A stretch of 64,000 nt of DNA from an uncultured Gammaproteobacteria bacterium (GTDB lineage: Bacteria; Patescibacteriota; Patescibacteriia; Patescibacteriales; UBA12075): contig CAYWNT010000005.1 in assembly GCA_964459725.1 (NCBI GenBank), forward strand, positions 27,657 to 91,656, given 5' to 3'. This document shows positions 62,371 through 64,000 of this stretch, one piece after another. How positions within the stretch are numbered: the first letter of the stretch is position 1; every line of letters starts with the position of its first letter. The translations under genes and the position numbers were made by a program. A model generated the notes under the pieces. It was not told the DNA's origin. It did no database searches and saw only the letters and a program-made list of their open reading frames with translations.

Positions 62371-62401
62371 CTTGTCCGCCGGAGCTTTAGCCTAGGCGAG
62401 G
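62371..62401 (-). promoter_or_regulatory. Phage intercistronic stem-loop repeat, copy 5
   Basis: Minus strand CCTCGCC-TAG-GCTAAAGCT-CC-GGCGGA-CAAG, 10 nt before the portal ATG; the upstream gene's stop TAA lies inside the GCTAAAGC loop. Confidence 0.6.
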
Positions 62402-62719
62402 TAAATCACTTTTTGCTTTTATAATCATGTCTCCATAAGTTATTACTTGACCGTCTTCAAAAGTAACTTCAATTTCTGCGTAATATTTACCAGCCTCATC
62501 AAAATCACCGTCCTTGACCGTATATTTGACCTCTCCTGCACTGCTATCAACCACTTCCATATCACCTGCAAACTTTAAACTCTCCTCCCCGGGAATCTGT
62601 ACTTTAAAAGATATGCTTGACACTGTGTTCAAATTAACCACATCTCCGTTGTAGTCAGTTAAGGCAAATGATAAATCATACCCCTTGTCGTCTTTTGTAA
62701 TATCAATTAATGTCCTCAT
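62387..62719 (-). CDS. Ig-like phage structural protein (BppU-N-like, tentative)
   Basis: 110 aa; ..YDLSFALTDYNGDVVNLNTVSSISFKV..GEVKYTV..GKYYAEIEV pattern. Confidence 0.45.
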   Translation of the reverse strand: MRTLIDITKDDKGYDLSFALTDYNGDVVNLNTVSSISFKVQIPGEESLKFAGDMEVVDSSAGEVKYTVKDGDFDEAGKYYAEIEVTFEDGQVITYGDMIIKAKSDLPRLG

Positions 62720-63435
62720 GATTTTTGTCTTAATATAAATTTTTTGGCTTTTGCTTTTACAGAATAGATCTTTTTAGCTACGCTCCTGAATCGCTTTGCA
62801 AATGTATCCATACTTACTACCAAAAATGTATTTTTGTTAAAAATTACCTGCCTGACTCTAGCTAATACAAAACTTAAACCTGAATTGACACTTGCCTGAA
62901 ATACTCTTAAATAATTAACCGTCCTATTTAAACCGACCTGCCCAACTGATACTGCGTTAAACTCCTCATTGTAAATATTAATCGGAATATACTCATCATC
63001 ACTCCAAATAATAAACATTGTGTCTTTGCCGTCTGTATATGGATTTTCGTTATACGTCATTGCTCCGTCCGCATAAACATCTCCTGTCCTGTAAGGTGCT
63101 CCTGCCCAAAAGCCTGATGTTACTTTGAAATTTATAAAATAAACTGTATTCTGCTTAATCTGCAACGGCTCTGGGAAGTTTATAGTTTTCCAACCTCCGC
63201 CATTATTTTGTGGTATGTTCTTTTGCTCTGTATAAAGTAACTCTCCGCCAATACCCTCATACAATTTAAATTCAATTCCATAACTCCCAGTATAATTATT
63301 ATTCTGCTGATAAAATGAAACTCCTGCGATATTATTTAAATTGCCAGAATTAAAAGTCTGACCAATTCTATCCCCAGTACTGACATTCCACTGACTGCTT
63401 CTTAAATCCTGTTTTATTGCCTCAATAACTGCCAT
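62716..63435 (-). CDS. Hypothetical phage protein
   Basis: 239 aa; 4-nt overlap with the downstream gene. Confidence 0.45.
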   Translation of the reverse strand: MAVIEAIKQDLRSSQWNVSTGDRIGQTFNSGNLNNIAGVSFYQQNNNYTGSYGIEFKLYEGIGGELLYTEQKNIPQNNGGGWKTINFPEPLQIKQNTVYFINFKVTSGFWAGAPYRTGDVYADGAMTYNENPYTDGKDTMFIIWSDDEYIPINIYNEEFNAVSVGQVGLNRTVNYLRVFQASVNSGLSFVLARVRQVIFNKNTFLVVSMDTFAKRFRSVAKKIYSVKAKAKKFILRQKS

Positions 63436-63437
63436 AT

Positions 63438-63851
63438 TTATTGAATTTCAAGCTGAAAGGAAAACTCAATTTTATCTCCAATCTCCAAAGCAATCCCTGT
63501 AAAATTTCCATGCATTAATAAACTCCCAGCTGTTATATTATTTAATAATCCTGCTTCAGTAATTGTTTTAACTGCCTCGGATGTAATTGTCCCAATCCAC
63601 TCCACTACATCAGGGCTGACCTGACTTCTTGTTGTCTCAACTCTTGATTCTCCCTCCTCATTAAACAAGGTGGTATTATTTTTTGATAGTGATCCACTAC
63701 CTGATCCCCAAGCGATATACTCAATATTGGTAGTTACCTGATTATCAATTTTATCCACTATCCACTCTTCACAGCCTTGAGTTAAAACAACTGCCATGTA
63801 TAAGAATTTATTAATTGCTTTTTGGATTTCGTTATTTAGTGCTAATATCAT
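63438..63851 (-). CDS. Hypothetical phage structural protein (distant paralogue of 50833..51399)
   Basis: 137 aa; ..IAWGSGSGSLSKNNTTLFNEEGESR..EAGLL pattern. Confidence 0.45.
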   Translation of the reverse strand: MILALNNEIQKAINKFLYMAVVLTQGCEEWIVDKIDNQVTTNIEYIAWGSGSGSLSKNNTTLFNEEGESRVETTRSQVSPDVVEWIGTITSEAVKTITEAGLLNNITAGSLLMHGNFTGIALEIGDKIEFSFQLEIQ

Positions 63852-64000
63852 ATTTTTACTTTTGGTTTATTATTTAAAATGATTTTATCTGACCATTTAT
63901 CATCTTTGGCTCTATAAACCCTTGCCTGAATTGATGACCTGCCAAGAATAACAACCTTCAAACTGCCCTTTACTCCTCTTATTATTTTTAACAATAGTTT
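63848..64000 (-). CDS. Hypothetical phage protein, C-terminal fragment (gene starts beyond window end)
   Basis: Open minus-strand frame ..KGSLKVVILGRSSIQARVYRAKDDKWSDKIILNNKPKVKI; stop overlaps the next start (ATGA). Confidence 0.4.
   Translation of the reverse strand, partial: KLLLKIIRGVKGSLKVVILGRSSIQARVYRAKDDKWSDKIILNNKPKVKI

Larger units (their letters stand above)
46008..64000 (-). mobile_element. Siphovirus-like (HK97-type) prophage or phage-derived region; lysis and structural modules; right end beyond window, left border uncertain (45.7-46.1 kb)
   Basis: Co-linear minus-strand portal, protease, capsid, connector, tail, chaperone (frameshift), tape measure, fibre, holin and endolysin genes; no integrase, terminase or att site seen in window. 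Confidence 0.85.

Overview
AT-rich bacterial window (G+C judged by eye, not computed). No rRNA, tRNA or CRISPR array was recognised.

- **1-15.6 kb:** one minus-strand str/S10/spc ribosomal super-operon: rpsL-rpsG-[2 inserted genes]-fusA-[1 inserted gene]-tuf-rpsJ-rplC-D-W-B-rpsS-rplV-rpsC-rplP-rpmC-rpsQ-rplN-X-E-rpsN-rpsH-rplF-R-rpsE. Several r-proteins carry Lys/Glu-rich tails, which suggests a Patescibacteria/CPR-like host (inference only).
- **16-26.7 kb:** an M50 protease, L28, three histidine kinases, two response regulators, and a TM-anchored radical-SAM + GNAT pair.
- **26.8-31.5 kb (most unusual part):** three compact promoter-to-terminator units that look G+C-richer than their flanks.
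  - Four tightly coupled, SD-led micro-ORFs upstream of an archaeal-type pyrH.
  - A stand-alone retron-type reverse transcriptase. It is preceded by a promoter-driven structured non-coding region and a read-through hairpin, and has no recognisable effector.
  - A convergent 60-aa ORF with its own promoter, structured leader, strong SD and terminator.
  - An orphan MCP with a C-terminal Cys-rich (two-CW-like) domain lies between the first two units.
- **31.7-45.3 kb:** a perfect 44-bp palindrome upstream of an HD (ppGpp-hydrolase-like) + EgtD-like methyltransferase pair, then MGMT, three Nudix genes and cysS. A seven-gene minus-strand cluster follows: aminotransferase, two radical-SAM enzymes, cytidylyltransferase, HAD, IMPase and a KpsS-like protein.
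- **45.7-64 kb:** the lysis and structural modules of a siphovirus-like (HK97-type) prophage running off the window end.
  - It has a -1 frameshifting tail chaperone and a portal-MuF fusion.
  - A repeated intercistronic stem-loop family has a 3' arm that doubles as the Shine-Dalgarno of the next gene.
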